From contig CAZCTP010000005.1 in assembly GCA_964501575.1 (NCBI GenBank), positions 2,446-66,445 on the forward strand: 64,000 nucleotides of DNA, given 5' to 3'. The DNA is from an uncultured Thermodesulfobacteriota bacterium (GTDB lineage: Bacteria > Desulfobacterota > CAZCTP01). Below the pieces are notes generated by a model. That model was not told where the DNA came from. It did no database searches and was given only the letters and a program-made list of their open reading frames with translations. Positions 17,150-26,962 of this stretch are shown here, piece after piece (within the stretch, counting starts at the first letter, position 1; each line of letters begins with the position of its first letter). Position numbers and translations under genes: made by a program.

Positions 17150-20100
17150 ATGAAAAGAAGAATGATAACTGTTGATGGTTGTACAGCATGTGCACATGTA
17201 GTACATGCTACAAATGAGATAATAACAATTTATCCAATAACTCCTTCTTCACCTATTGCAGAGATCTGCGATTCAAAATCTGCAGCAGGTGAAGTAAATA
17301 TATGGGGGACAGTGCCAAAGGTTAATGAGATGCAATCTGAAGCAGGAGCTGCTGGAGCAGTTCATGGTTCTCTGACAACTGGGGCTCTTTGCACAACAAT
17401 TACAGCTTCTCAGGGACTTTTATTAATGATACCCAATATGTATAAAATTGCAGGAGAACTCACATCCACAGTATTCCACATAACTTCTCGTTCTCTTGCA
17501 TGTCAGGCACTTTCTATATTTGGAGACCATTCAGATGTAATGGCTGCAAGGTCAACCGGCTTTGCAATGCTTTGTTCTAAAGATGTTCAGGAAGCTATGG
17601 ATTTTGCACTCATATCCCAGGCTTCAACGCTCGAATCCAGAATACCATTTATGCATTTTTTTGATGGTTTCAGAACATCTCATGAGATACAGAAGATAGA
17701 AGAACTTACCTTTGATGATATGCGGGCTATTATAGATGATGAGTTTGTTATAGCCCACCGTATGAGGGGACTTACATCCGATCATCCAAATATAAGGGGA
17801 ACCTCTCAAAATCCTGATGTATACTTTCAGGGACGTGAAACGGTAAATAAATATTATGATGCAACTCCTCAAGTTGTTCAGAAGGTTATGGATAAATTTG
17901 CAGATTTAGTTGGAAGGCAGTACAGAATATTTGATTATTTTGGAGACCCTGAAGCTGAAAGAGTCATTGTAATTATGGGATCAGCAGGAGATACTGTGTT
18001 AAGTACTATTGAGTCATTAAATGCAAGGGGTGAAAAGCTTGGAATGATTCAAGTGAGGCTTTATAGGCCATTTGATACAAATGGTTTTGCGGAGGTTCTT
18101 CCTTCAACTGTCAAAGCAATTGCTGTGCTTGACCGCACTAAAGAACCTGGTGCGATAGGTGAGCCTTTATACCTTGATGTCAGATCAGCTGTTGGTGAAG
18201 CAATAGAAAGAGGAATAGCGGAGTTTAAAACTTATCCTAAAATTGTTGGCGGCCGTTACGGTCTTGGTTCAAAAGATTTTACCCCTGCTATGGTAAAAGC
18301 TGTATTTGACAATTTATCAAAGGATCAGCCGAAAAACCATTTCACTATTGGTATAGAAGATGATGTGACTCATACCAGCATTGAATATGATAAGTCATTT
18401 AGTTTAGATGAAAGAGGTGTTTATCGTGCCATGTTTTATGGATTGGGTTCTGATGGGACTGTGGGAGCAAATAAAAATACTATTAAGATTATCGGAACCG
18501 AGACAGATAATTATGCCCAGGGGTATTTTGTATATGACTCAAAGAAATCTGGAGCTATAACTATATCTCATCTTCGTTTCGGTAAAGAGAAAATACGCAA
18601 TCCTTATCTTTTGTCAAAGGCTAACTTTATTGCATGTCATAATCCTTCATTTCTTGAAAAATACGATATGTTATCCAATGCAGAAGAAGGAGCAATTTTC
18701 CTGCTTACAACATCATATAAAAAAGATAAGGTTTGGGATACCCTACCTATAGAAGTTCAAGAACAGCTTATAAACAAAAAGATGAAGTTTTATATAATTG
18801 ATGCTATATCCCTTGCTGAAGAGATTGGGCTTGGTGCAAGAATTAATATTATTATGCAGACAGCTTTCTTTATAATATCCGGAATTCTACCAAAGGAGGA
18901 GGCTATAAAATCTATAAAAACTGAAATCGAAAAGACCTATATAAAAAAGGGGAATGAAGTTGTTGAGATGAACTATGCTGCAGTAGATAGGGCCCTACAG
19001 AATATAGAAGAAGTTCCTGTACCTAATAAGGTTACAAGTAAGATAAGAATGAAACCTCCTATCCCTGAAGATTCTCCTGATTTTGTTAAGAATGTGACGG
19101 CTAAGATTATTGCTGGGAAGGGAGATTCTCTTCCTGTTTCAGCTATACCTGATGATGGCACCTGGCCAACAGGAACCACTCAGTATGAAAAGAGAAATAT
19201 AGGGGTTTATATCCCAGTATGGGAACCTGAGATTTGTATACAATGTGGTCAATGTGCCTTTGTATGTCCTCATGCAGCTATAAGAATTAAGGCATACGAA
19301 CCAGCCTTATTAAAGAACGCCCCTTCAGATTTCAAATCTGTTGATGCAATTGGTAAGGATTTAAAAGGGCTTAAATTTACTGTTCAAGTAGCGCCAGAAG
19401 ACTGTACAGGTTGTGGTTCATGTTCCTATATGTGTCCAGCGCGTAAGAAGGATGCTGAAGGTAATAAGATTGCTGATTTTAAAGCAATAAATATGAAATT
19501 GCAGGAACCACTTAGACATAAAGAGGCAAAAAATTATAAATTTTTTCTGAATTTACCGGAAACTGATCCATCAAGATACAAAATTTCAACCATTAAAGGA
19601 AGTCAGTTAGCAAGACCTCTATTTGAGTATAGTGGTGCCTGTGCAGGGTGTGGAGAAACGCCATATATAAAGTTACTTACACAGTTGTTTGGTGATAGAT
19701 TAATTATTGGTAATGCAACAGGTTGTTCATCTATATATGGTGGAAATCTTCCAACTACACCTTATGCAAAGAGAGCCGATGGAAGAGGTCCAGCATGGTC
19801 AAATTCACTCTTCGAGGACGCAGCGGAATTTGGATATGGTATGAGACAAACATTAGACAAATTTTATTTACAGGCAATAGAGCTAATAGATAAGTTTGCT
19901 TCGGACCCCTCATATTCGCATGTAAAGGAACTTTTCAATTCGATTAAGAATGCTGATCAATCTAATCAAGAGGGTATTGAACGACAAAGAGCACGTGTTG
20001 AAGAACTTAAAAGAATACTTTCTAAAGATAATTCTACTGTAGTAAAATGGTTTCTTTCCCTTGCTGACTATTTGGTCAAGAAGTCTGTATGGGCTATTGG

Positions 20101-20734
20101 TGGTGATGGTTGGGGATATGATATTGGCTATGGAGGCGTAGACCATGTTCTTGCATCAGGTGAGAATGTAAATCTTCTGATTCTTGATACGGAGGTCTAT
20201 TCAAACACAGGCGGACAGATGTCAAAGTCAACTCCATTAGCAGCTGTAGCTCAGTTTGCTGCAGGGGGTAAGAGAACTCCTAAAAAGAATATAGGACTTA
20301 TTATGACTACATATGGTAATGTTTATGTTGCCCAGGTAGCTTTTGGTGCCAATCCTGCCCAGACAATAAAGGCCTTCTTAGAGGCTGACGCATACAATGG
20401 ACCTTCATTGATTATTGCCTACTCTAATTGTATATCCCATGGTATAGATATGAGCAAAGGGATTGAGGAACAGAGGAAGGCTGTTAGCTGTGGACATTGG
20501 CCTCTCTACCGCTATAATCCAGAACTTGAGCGCCAGGGTAAAAGTCCTCTTATTATTGATAGTAAGGAACCTACTATCTCTTTTGAAGAATATGCATATA
20601 ATGAAAATCGTTATAGAGCACTTAGGTCTCTTAATCCTGAATTAGCAGCAGAACTTATTAAACAGGCAAATGCCGAAGTAAGAAGAAGATGGCAATATCT
20701 TAAACATTTATCAAAATGGATTCCAGAAGTATAG
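17150..20734 (+). CDS. por: Pyruvate:ferredoxin (flavodoxin) oxidoreductase, single-polypeptide type
   Basis: 1194 aa with two ferredoxin-type clusters (CIQCGQCAFVCP, CTGCGSCSYMCP) and a TPP-binding region (GGDGWGYDIGYGG). Nearly all of the 1194 residues align to the PFOR/NifJ family. Confidence 0.9.
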   Translation: MKRRMITVDGCTACAHVVHATNEIITIYPITPSSPIAEICDSKSAAGEVNIWGTVPKVNEMQSEAGAAGAVHGSLTTGALCTTITASQGLLLMIPNMYKIAGELTSTVFHITSRSLACQALSIFGDHSDVMAARSTGFAMLCSKDVQEAMDFALISQASTLESRIPFMHFFDGFRTSHEIQKIEELTFDDMRAIIDDEFVIAHRMRGLTSDHPNIRGTSQNPDVYFQGRETVNKYYDATPQVVQKVMDKFADLVGRQYRIFDYFGDPEAERVIVIMGSAGDTVLSTIESLNARGEKLGMIQVRLYRPFDTNGFAEVLPSTVKAIAVLDRTKEPGAIGEPLYLDVRSAVGEAIERGIAEFKTYPKIVGGRYGLGSKDFTPAMVKAVFDNLSKDQPKNHFTIGIEDDVTHTSIEYDKSFSLDERGVYRAMFYGLGSDGTVGANKNTIKIIGTETDNYAQGYFVYDSKKSGAITISHLRFGKEKIRNPYLLSKANFIACHNPSFLEKYDMLSNAEEGAIFLLTTSYKKDKVWDTLPIEVQEQLINKKMKFYIIDAISLAEEIGLGARINIIMQTAFFIISGILPKEEAIKSIKTEIEKTYIKKGNEVVEMNYAAVDRALQNIEEVPVPNKVTSKIRMKPPIPEDSPDFVKNVTAKIIAGKGDSLPVSAIPDDGTWPTGTTQYEKRNIGVYIPVWEPEICIQCGQCAFVCPHAAIRIKAYEPALLKNAPSDFKSVDAIGKDLKGLKFTVQVAPEDCTGCGSCSYMCPARKKDAEGNKIADFKAINMKLQEPLRHKEAKNYKFFLNLPETDPSRYKISTIKGSQLARPLFEYSGACAGCGETPYIKLLTQLFGDRLIIGNATGCSSIYGGNLPTTPYAKRADGRGPAWSNSLFEDAAEFGYGMRQTLDKFYLQAIELIDKFASDPSYSHVKELFNSIKNADQSNQEGIERQRARVEELKRILSKDNSTVVKWFLSLADYLVKKSVWAIGGDGWGYDIGYGGVDHVLASGENVNLLILDTEVYSNTGGQMSKSTPLAAVAQFAAGGKRTPKKNIGLIMTTYGNVYVAQVAFGANPAQTIKAFLEADAYNGPSLIIAYSNCISHGIDMSKGIEEQRKAVSCGHWPLYRYNPELERQGKSPLIIDSKEPTISFEEYAYNENRYRALRSLNPELAAELIKQANAEVRRRWQYLKHLSKWIPEV

Positions 20735-20793
20735 AATAGAGAATGAAATTAAAATTTTTATAACTTAAAACTAATAAAAATTAGAGGGATAAT

Positions 20794-21422
20794 ATGGAAA
20801 TTATTCAAGCAATTAAAGAAAGACGTTCAATTAATTTTTTGATCCGAGTAAAAAAATTTCAAATAGTGAGTTAAAAGAATTGATAGACCTTGCTAACCTC
20901 TCACCATCTTCCTTCAATTTACAGCCATGGAAGGTTATAGTAGTAAGAAACCCTGAAAAGAAGAGAGTTTTAAGAGAGTGCGCTTTTCATCAACCTAAGA
21001 TTGAAGAAGCCCCTGTAGTATTAATTATAATTGCTGATCTAAAAGCTGTTGAGGAAAATATGGAAAAAGCGCTTAATAGTTGGCAAGAGCTCGGATATAT
21101 AAAATCTGATGAAAGAGATACCTATATCGGTATGATAAATAATCTTTATGGAGAGACGGAAAGTCTTAAAAGGAAGTTATTTGCAGTAAAGAATGCTTCT
21201 TTATTTGCCATGAACCTCATGATTGCAGCAAAGGTATTAGATTTTGATACACATCCAATGGACGGATTTGAGGAAGATAAGATAAAAAAAGAATTTAATA
21301 TACCCGAGGATGAAATAATCCCGATGCTTATAGCTGTTGGTAATCTAAAGCCAGAAATAATACTTCTTAAAAGAGCATTTAGGAGAAGCTTTGAAGAATT
21401 TGTAATATTTGAAAATGTATAG
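20794..21422 (+). pseudogene. Nitroreductase-family gene interrupted by a 1-nt frameshift in a T6 homopolymer (20835-20840); possibly a sequencing error
   Basis: The ATG at 20794 (SD AGAGGGA) encodes MEIIQAIKERRSIN..., the canonical nitroreductase N-terminus, and then stops after 26 codons. The rest of the family (FDPSKKISNSELKELIDLANLSPSSFNLQPWK...) continues in the other frame. Confidence 0.6.
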
Positions 21423-21703
21423 CGAGGCCGGTCCTGTCCCAATGAGTAGGATTGACTAGCTAATATAAAAGTAGAGAATATCTTGTTTTCGAATATTCCC
21501 TGCGGCTTGTCGTAGAGAGCTTCAAATATACTAAAAAAGTTTCTGAGGACTTCCTCAAAAATTTTATAGCAGTATATAAACTATTATATAAGAAACTTCT
21601 TCCTTTAAATTTCTTTAAATTTTTTTATTTCCAAAAACTTTTGATATTACAGTAATTATCTTCAATATAAACGAATTCTTAGAAAACTATAGTATATTTT
21701 AAA

Positions 21704-21733
21704 TTGACATAATTATAATTTTAGATATATAAT
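21704..21733 (+). promoter_or_regulatory. Candidate sigma70-type promoter (TTGACA-N18-TATAAT) for the 21786-22553 two-gene unit
   Basis: The hexamers were read directly. Confidence 0.4.
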
Positions 21734-21735
21734 TA

Positions 21736-21753
21736 AATAATAATAATAATAAT
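21736..21753. repeat. (AAT)6 microsatellite in the 5' leader
   Basis: Six perfect AAT units were read directly. Confidence 0.8.
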
Positions 21754-21785
21754 ATAAAAATTATTATAAAGGAGGTGATAAAATA

Positions 21786-22277
21786 ATGAATAAGAATCTA
21801 CTAAAGGTAACCCGCTTAATACCATCCTCAGTGGTATTGATAAGTGTTGGAACTTCTGAAAAATCCGATGTTATGACAGCTACTGCTACGTTTGTTTCTG
21901 AAGATCTGCCTTTAATTACTGTAAGTGTTGCTAAACATCTTATCTCCAATGAAATTATAGAAAAATCTGGAGAATTTGTCCTCAATATTCCCTCTATTAA
22001 TCAGGTTGAACTTACAAGAGAGATAGGCGCTACTCATGGTAAAGAGGTGAATAAATTTAAAAGATTTAATATTGAGACTGAAAGGGCAAAGAGGATTAAT
22101 TCTCCTTTAGTAAAAGGATGCTTTGCTAATATTGAATGTAAGGTTATCACATCTATCCCGGTTAGCAACTATACTCTTTATCTGGCTGAGGCTATAGAAT
22201 ATAGAATCGATGACAAACTGTTTCCTATTGTGTGGCATAAGGATAAATACTTTGCTTTAAAAGAAGAAATAAATTAA
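21786..22277 (+). CDS. Flavin reductase-like domain protein
   Basis: 163 aa with similarity to the PF01613-type flavin reductase fold; paralog of 3922-4377. SD AAGGAGGTGA. Confidence 0.6.
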   Translation: MNKNLLKVTRLIPSSVVLISVGTSEKSDVMTATATFVSEDLPLITVSVAKHLISNEIIEKSGEFVLNIPSINQVELTREIGATHGKEVNKFKRFNIETERAKRINSPLVKGCFANIECKVITSIPVSNYTLYLAEAIEYRIDDKLFPIVWHKDKYFALKEEIN

Positions 22278-22295
22278 GGAAACAAGGAGGTAAAA

Positions 22296-22553
22296 ATGTC
22301 TGATAAATTAAAAGAAGCTTATGTATGCAAAACATGTGGTAAGATAGGAAAGATTGAACATTTATGTAATCCTGCTACTGAATTCAAACTTTTAAATGTT
22401 GAACCTTCTAATTGCCAATTCTGTGGAGAAAATATTAAAACTCCTTATCATATGTGTAAAGGTAAACTTCAGGAGGCAGAATATGTCTGTGGACAATGTG
22501 GAAGGATAGCACTCAATGAAGAGTGCCTCTGTGTACCAGAAAAAATAAATTAA
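22296..22553 (+). CDS. Small cysteine-rich protein (10 Cys, three CxxC), predicted metal-binding, internally duplicated
   Basis: Two copies of EAYVCxxCGxI(x6)LC.P (residues 7-26 and 60-81). SD AAGGAGGT. A rho-independent terminator follows. Confidence 0.6.
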   Translation: MSDKLKEAYVCKTCGKIGKIEHLCNPATEFKLLNVEPSNCQFCGENIKTPYHMCKGKLQEAEYVCGQCGRIALNEECLCVPEKIN

Positions 22554-22559
22554 AATCAA

Positions 22560-22586
22560 GGGAGAGGCTTCTCTCCCTTTTTGTTT
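22560..22586 (+). terminator. Rho-independent terminator
   Basis: GGGAGAG-gctt-CTCTCCC hairpin followed by TTTTTGTTT. Confidence 0.75.
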
Positions 22587-22798
22587 ATATTTACCTAATT
22601 ATTGTTTACTATTACTTACAAATAATTTTGTGTAGAAATTATTAACACTGTCATTATAAATAAAGATTTTATAATCCTGCAAATAGCTATCAATAGGTTT
22701 AAAAGAAATTGACAATTATTTATATTTTTGTTAAATATAAAATAAAATAGCTTCTTAATTTATTTTATATAAATATAATAAATATAGGGGGTGTGAAT

Positions 22799-24316
22799 AT
22801 GCAGGTAAATGTGGCTCAAATTAAAGAATTAATAACTGCCTATATACCCAATTTAATTGGAGCTATAGCTATTTTAATTTTGGGATGGTTAATTTCTTTA
22901 CTTGTTACTGCTATTGTCCGTGCGGGACTCAGGCATACAACCCTGGATAATAGACTGGCACGTTGGATTATGGGGGAAGAGGCTGCTAAGAAGATAGAGG
23001 TTGAAGAAGGAATTGCTAAAGGAATATTTTATTTACTTATGCTCTTTGTACTGGTTGCATTCTTCCAGGCTCTTGGACTTACCCTTATCACTGAACCTAT
23101 AAATAGATTTTTAACCAAACTCTTTCAATTTATCCCTCAATTATTAGGAGCTCTGATATTATTAATTATAGCGTGGTTCGTAGCAGGAACTCTAAGACTT
23201 ATCATTTCAAAGCTATTAAGCACAAGTAAGTTTGATGAGATTGTAGGAGAAAAGGTTGGAAGGGAAGAGAAGAAGCCTATCCCGTTGACAAAAACAATTG
23301 CTGATACTGTATACTGGCTGGTATTTCTGCTTTTCTTACCTGCGATATTAAGTACTTTGGCTCTGGAAGGTCTTCTTGAACCTATCAGAGAAATGGTCAA
23401 CAGAATCCTGACCTTTCTACCAAATATATTTGCAGCTGGTTTAATCCTTGGAGCAGGGTGGTTTGTTGCTCGTATTATTCAAAGAATTGTCACCAATCTA
23501 TTAACCGCTATTGGAACCGATAGATTGGGTGAGCAGGTAGGAATAGGGACAGTTTTGGGTACTGAAAGACTTTCTGGACTCCTTGGCTTCATAGTCTATA
23601 TTCTAATCCTTATTCCAGTACTTATTGCTTCTCTGAATGCATTAAAGCTTGAAGCGGTGACCAAACCAGCAAGCAATATGCTTAATATGATTCTTCAAGC
23701 CATTCCATCTATATTTGCTGCTGCTCTATTATTGACTATATCCTATATAATAGGACGTCTGGTGGCAAATTTAATCGCTACCCTACTTGCAAATGCTGGT
23801 TTTAATAAGATTATGGTCTGGCTGGGAATAGGAGAGGAGAGTTCAGAGGGAACAAAAACCCCTTCAAATATATTAGGCTATCTGGTTCTGGTTATAATTA
23901 TGCTTCTCGCTATAATTGAAGTTTTTCAGATTCTGGGATTTGGTGCTGCAGCTGATTTAATTAGTCAATTTATAATATTTATAAGTCATGTCATTTTAGG
24001 ATTGATTATATTCGGTATTGGATTATACTTAGCTAATCTTGCCTCCAAGACTATTCAGGCGAGCAGTACAACCCAGGCTAATCTGTTAGCCCTTGCAGCA
24101 CGTATCACCATTCTGATTTTTGCAGGAGCAATGGGTTTAAGACAGATGGGACTGGCAAATGAGATTATTAACTTAGCCTTTGGTTTACTGCTTGGAGCAA
24201 TAGCAATCGCAATAGCGATCGCTTTTGGATTAGGAGGTCAGAAGATAGCTGCTCAAGAATTGGATGAGTGGATTAAATCATTAAGATCAAAATCCAAGAA
24301 ATCACAAAGAAATTAA
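22799..24316 (+). CDS. Polytopic membrane protein built from tandem conserved-TM-helix (MscS N-terminal-type) repeats; no MscS channel domain
   Basis: Four to five repeats of about 95 aa, each with IP.L.GALILLIIAWFVAG.L..II..LL......G..VG. The ATG at 22799 lies 7 nt after GGGGG (the tabulated GTG at 22793 is less likely). 505 aa. Confidence 0.65.
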   Translation: MQVNVAQIKELITAYIPNLIGAIAILILGWLISLLVTAIVRAGLRHTTLDNRLARWIMGEEAAKKIEVEEGIAKGIFYLLMLFVLVAFFQALGLTLITEPINRFLTKLFQFIPQLLGALILLIIAWFVAGTLRLIISKLLSTSKFDEIVGEKVGREEKKPIPLTKTIADTVYWLVFLLFLPAILSTLALEGLLEPIREMVNRILTFLPNIFAAGLILGAGWFVARIIQRIVTNLLTAIGTDRLGEQVGIGTVLGTERLSGLLGFIVYILILIPVLIASLNALKLEAVTKPASNMLNMILQAIPSIFAAALLLTISYIIGRLVANLIATLLANAGFNKIMVWLGIGEESSEGTKTPSNILGYLVLVIIMLLAIIEVFQILGFGAAADLISQFIIFISHVILGLIIFGIGLYLANLASKTIQASSTTQANLLALAARITILIFAGAMGLRQMGLANEIINLAFGLLLGAIAIAIAIAFGLGGQKIAAQELDEWIKSLRSKSKKSQRN

Positions 24317-25179
24317 TCTCCCCTCTCAAAATGCTTTTTCAATACACTCATCATGAGTGGAAGGGGGGCTTTCTCCCCTGTCCATAATTCAAAGCTTAAT
24401 GCTCCTTGATAACAAAGCATTCCCAATCCATTAGCACACCGCAGTCCCAAGGACTTTGCCCTTAGAATAAATATAGGCTCTTCCGGATTATAAACAGTAT
24501 CAAATATAACTGAATCCCTGGATAAAACTTCCAGAGGAATAGAAAGTTCAACATTTATATTTTTCATACCTACAGGGGTGGCATTTATAAATATATCAGA
24601 TTCTCTTAAATACTCAGATATAACCCCATCTTCCAGAGGTATCGCAATAAATTCTGTTGATCTAAATATCTCTCTGTATTGATTTATGAGCTTTTTCCCC
24701 TTATCCAAGCTCCGATTTGCAACCACAATTCTCTTTGCTCCATCTTTTGCAAGGCTCACGAGGATAGCTCTTGCAGCTCCACCTGCTCCAAGCATAAATA
24801 TTCGTTTAGCAGAGGGAGAGATCCCAAGATCATTCTTTAGAGCATATAAGAAACCTAACCCATCGGTATTGGTCCCTATAAGCCTTCCCTGATTATTTAA
24901 GATAGTATTAACAGCTCCTATTAATCTTCCCTCTTCCTCTACTTCATCCAGATATTTAATAACTTCCTCTTTATGAGGAATGGTTACATTAATCCCTCTT
25001 ATATTTAACCCTTTCATTCCTTGAATTGCATCTCTTAAATCAGAAGGTTTTACTTCAAAGGGAAGGTAAATACAGTCTAAACCGAGGTACTCAAATGCAC
25101 TATTATGCATAAGGGGTGACAGGGTATGTTCTATTGGATATCCAAATATCCCAAAAATTTTTGTCTTTCCCGAAATCAT
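24313..25179 (-). CDS. aroE: Shikimate dehydrogenase
   Basis: Homology begins at MISGKTKIFGIFGYPIEHTLSPLMHN, and a GAGGAARA Rossmann motif is present. The tabulated upstream ATG at 25221 adds 14 residues with no counterpart in the family and would place a TGnTATAAT box inside the coding sequence. Confidence 0.75.
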   Translation of the reverse strand: MISGKTKIFGIFGYPIEHTLSPLMHNSAFEYLGLDCIYLPFEVKPSDLRDAIQGMKGLNIRGINVTIPHKEEVIKYLDEVEEEGRLIGAVNTILNNQGRLIGTNTDGLGFLYALKNDLGISPSAKRIFMLGAGGAARAILVSLAKDGAKRIVVANRSLDKGKKLINQYREIFRSTEFIAIPLEDGVISEYLRESDIFINATPVGMKNINVELSIPLEVLSRDSVIFDTVYNPEEPIFILRAKSLGLRCANGLGMLCYQGALSFELWTGEKAPLPLMMSVLKKHFERGD

Positions 25180-25191
25180 AAAATTATTTTT

Positions 25192-25200
25192 ATTATAGCA
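25192..25200 (-). promoter_or_regulatory. Extended -10 element (TGCTATAAT) 12 nt upstream of the aroE ATG; short-leader transcript suggested
   Basis: Read directly on the minus strand; no SD is present. Confidence 0.3.
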
Positions 25201-25275
25201 TATAAAAAATAATGCTTGCATGTAAACTACAAAAATTTTATATTATAAAAAGATTCTAAAAGGAGGTAATCTAAA

Positions 25276-26367
25276 TTGGCACGTAAAGGGAAAAGAGCGG
25301 TATTAGTAAAGCCAGATCAACCTATAGAAATATGGGAACTTCCGGTACCATTGCCCCAACCTGGAGGAGTATTGCTAAAGGTAGAAATGGGAGGAGTATG
25401 TGGTACCGATGTTCACCTGTGGCATGGTGATATGGAACTACCCTATCCTATTGTACTCGGGCATGAGGGAATAGGTATAATTGAAGAGTTTGGAGAAGGA
25501 TTAACCAAAGATTATGCTGGAACCCCCCTAAAAGTTGGGGACAGAGTTTATTGGGCCCCTATTAAACCTTGTTACCATTGTTATTACTGTACTGTAATAA
25601 AGGATTTTTCTCTATGTGAAGAGATGGTAATATTTGAACATGCAGAAAAACCTAACTGGGCAAGCTATAATGAGTATGCATGGCTTCCTGCAGGAATGCC
25701 ATTTTACAGAATCCCTGATGATACTCCCTCTGAATCTGTAATCGCCTTTGGATGTGCCATGCCTACTATGCTTCAGGGTCTGGAAAGATTAGGAGGAGTG
25801 GAACCCAATCAAACAGTTGTAATTCAGGGAGCTGGGCCAGTAGGACTTGCAGCTACCCTTCTTGCCAGACTTTCAGGAGCAAGGAAGATTATAAATATTG
25901 GGGCACCAAAACACAGGTTGGAGATGGCAATACGTTTTGGAGCAACTCATACAATCAATATAGACGAAATCCAAGGAGAAGAAAACAGGATTAAACGTTG
26001 TCATGAACTTACTGAAGGGATGGGAGCTGATGTGGTTATAGAGGCTGCAGGAGTGCTTGCCGCCTTTTCAGAAGGTCTTAAGATGCTTGCAAAAAATGGA
26101 AGATACCTTATAGTAGGATTATGGTCGGGTAAGGGAGCTATCCCTCTGGATCCAAGGTATATAAATAATAATAACCTTAAAGTTATAGGAACTGCCTTAG
26201 CCCAACCCCAGCATTATTACAGAGCAATTCAGTTGGCTCAGGCACATCATAAAGAATTTCCTATGGTTGAAATTGTTACCCATCGTTTCCCGATTGAAAA
26301 AAGTCAGGAGGCTCTTGAAGCGGTAGCTAAGCTCGAAACGGTTAAAGCAGTAATTATTCCTTCCTGA
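25276..26367 (+). CDS. Zinc-dependent alcohol dehydrogenase family (MDR)
   Basis: GHEGIG Zn motif, structural-Zn Cys cluster (CYHCYYC) and a GAGPVGL Rossmann fold. TTG start 8 nt after AAGGAGGT. Confidence 0.8.
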   Translation: MARKGKRAVLVKPDQPIEIWELPVPLPQPGGVLLKVEMGGVCGTDVHLWHGDMELPYPIVLGHEGIGIIEEFGEGLTKDYAGTPLKVGDRVYWAPIKPCYHCYYCTVIKDFSLCEEMVIFEHAEKPNWASYNEYAWLPAGMPFYRIPDDTPSESVIAFGCAMPTMLQGLERLGGVEPNQTVVIQGAGPVGLAATLLARLSGARKIINIGAPKHRLEMAIRFGATHTINIDEIQGEENRIKRCHELTEGMGADVVIEAAGVLAAFSEGLKMLAKNGRYLIVGLWSGKGAIPLDPRYINNNNLKVIGTALAQPQHYYRAIQLAQAHHKEFPMVEIVTHRFPIEKSQEALEAVAKLETVKAVIIPS

Positions 26368-26371
26368 ACTT

Positions 26372-26962
26372 TTATCTTAAATTTAATCTCTTTTTACAGA
26401 TGGGGCAAAAATCAGGCCCTTTTATATCAGTATCTCTGAGGGAATTTGAGAAATGCATTATACATCTCGGATTATTACAATGCCTGAGTCCATAGGTATG
26501 TCCCAGTTCATGGATTGCTTCCTTTAAAGTTCGTTCTAAGAATAATCTTCTATCAGCTTTAAAACTATAATATTCCTGACGAAGTCTTGTAAGAGATATA
26601 ATGCATATATTATTTCTAATATCTGCTTCTCCAAAGACAAAATTTAATCCGGTGACATATAGATCCCTATCTATGATACCCAATATTCTTTCAGCCTGCG
26701 TTTTGAATTTATCTAAACCCCTGAGTATCTTTGAGGAATAATACTGAGCTCTTTTCGAATTAAAGGCATATTCTGGGAGAGGCTCTGGACCAGAAATTTT
26801 TACTGAAAAATCAAAATATTTTTGAAGCTCTTTACCTAAGAAGTTAAGATTTTCTTTCTCAATTTTACCAAAGGGTACTATAAGTAAATTGTTTTGGGGT
26901 TTAGATTTTATGGACGTATTGAATAGAGATAAAAAAGAAAGGGATATTATTAAATACTTCAT
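26372..26962 (-). CDS. Archaemetzincin-like zinc metalloprotease with signal peptide
   Basis: HELGHTYGLRHCNNPRCIM (HExxHxxGxxHCx4CxM) together with an N-terminal signal sequence. Confidence 0.7.
   Translation of the reverse strand: MKYLIISLSFLSLFNTSIKSKPQNNLLIVPFGKIEKENLNFLGKELQKYFDFSVKISGPEPLPEYAFNSKRAQYYSSKILRGLDKFKTQAERILGIIDRDLYVTGLNFVFGEADIRNNICIISLTRLRQEYYSFKADRRLFLERTLKEAIHELGHTYGLRHCNNPRCIMHFSNSLRDTDIKGPDFCPICKKRLNLR

Noticed and set aside
21544-21557. Hairpin TGAGG-actt-CCTCA downstream of the nitroreductase gene, considered as a terminator
   Set aside because: On the plus strand it is followed by AAAAATTTT rather than a contiguous U-tract. On the minus strand a T-tract does follow, but no minus-strand gene ends there.
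24358-24380. GGAAGGGGGG-cttt-CTCCCCT hairpin at the convergent junction of the membrane-protein gene and aroE, considered as a bidirectional terminator
   Set aside because: It lies within the aroE C-terminal codons and has no flanking T-tract or A-tract.
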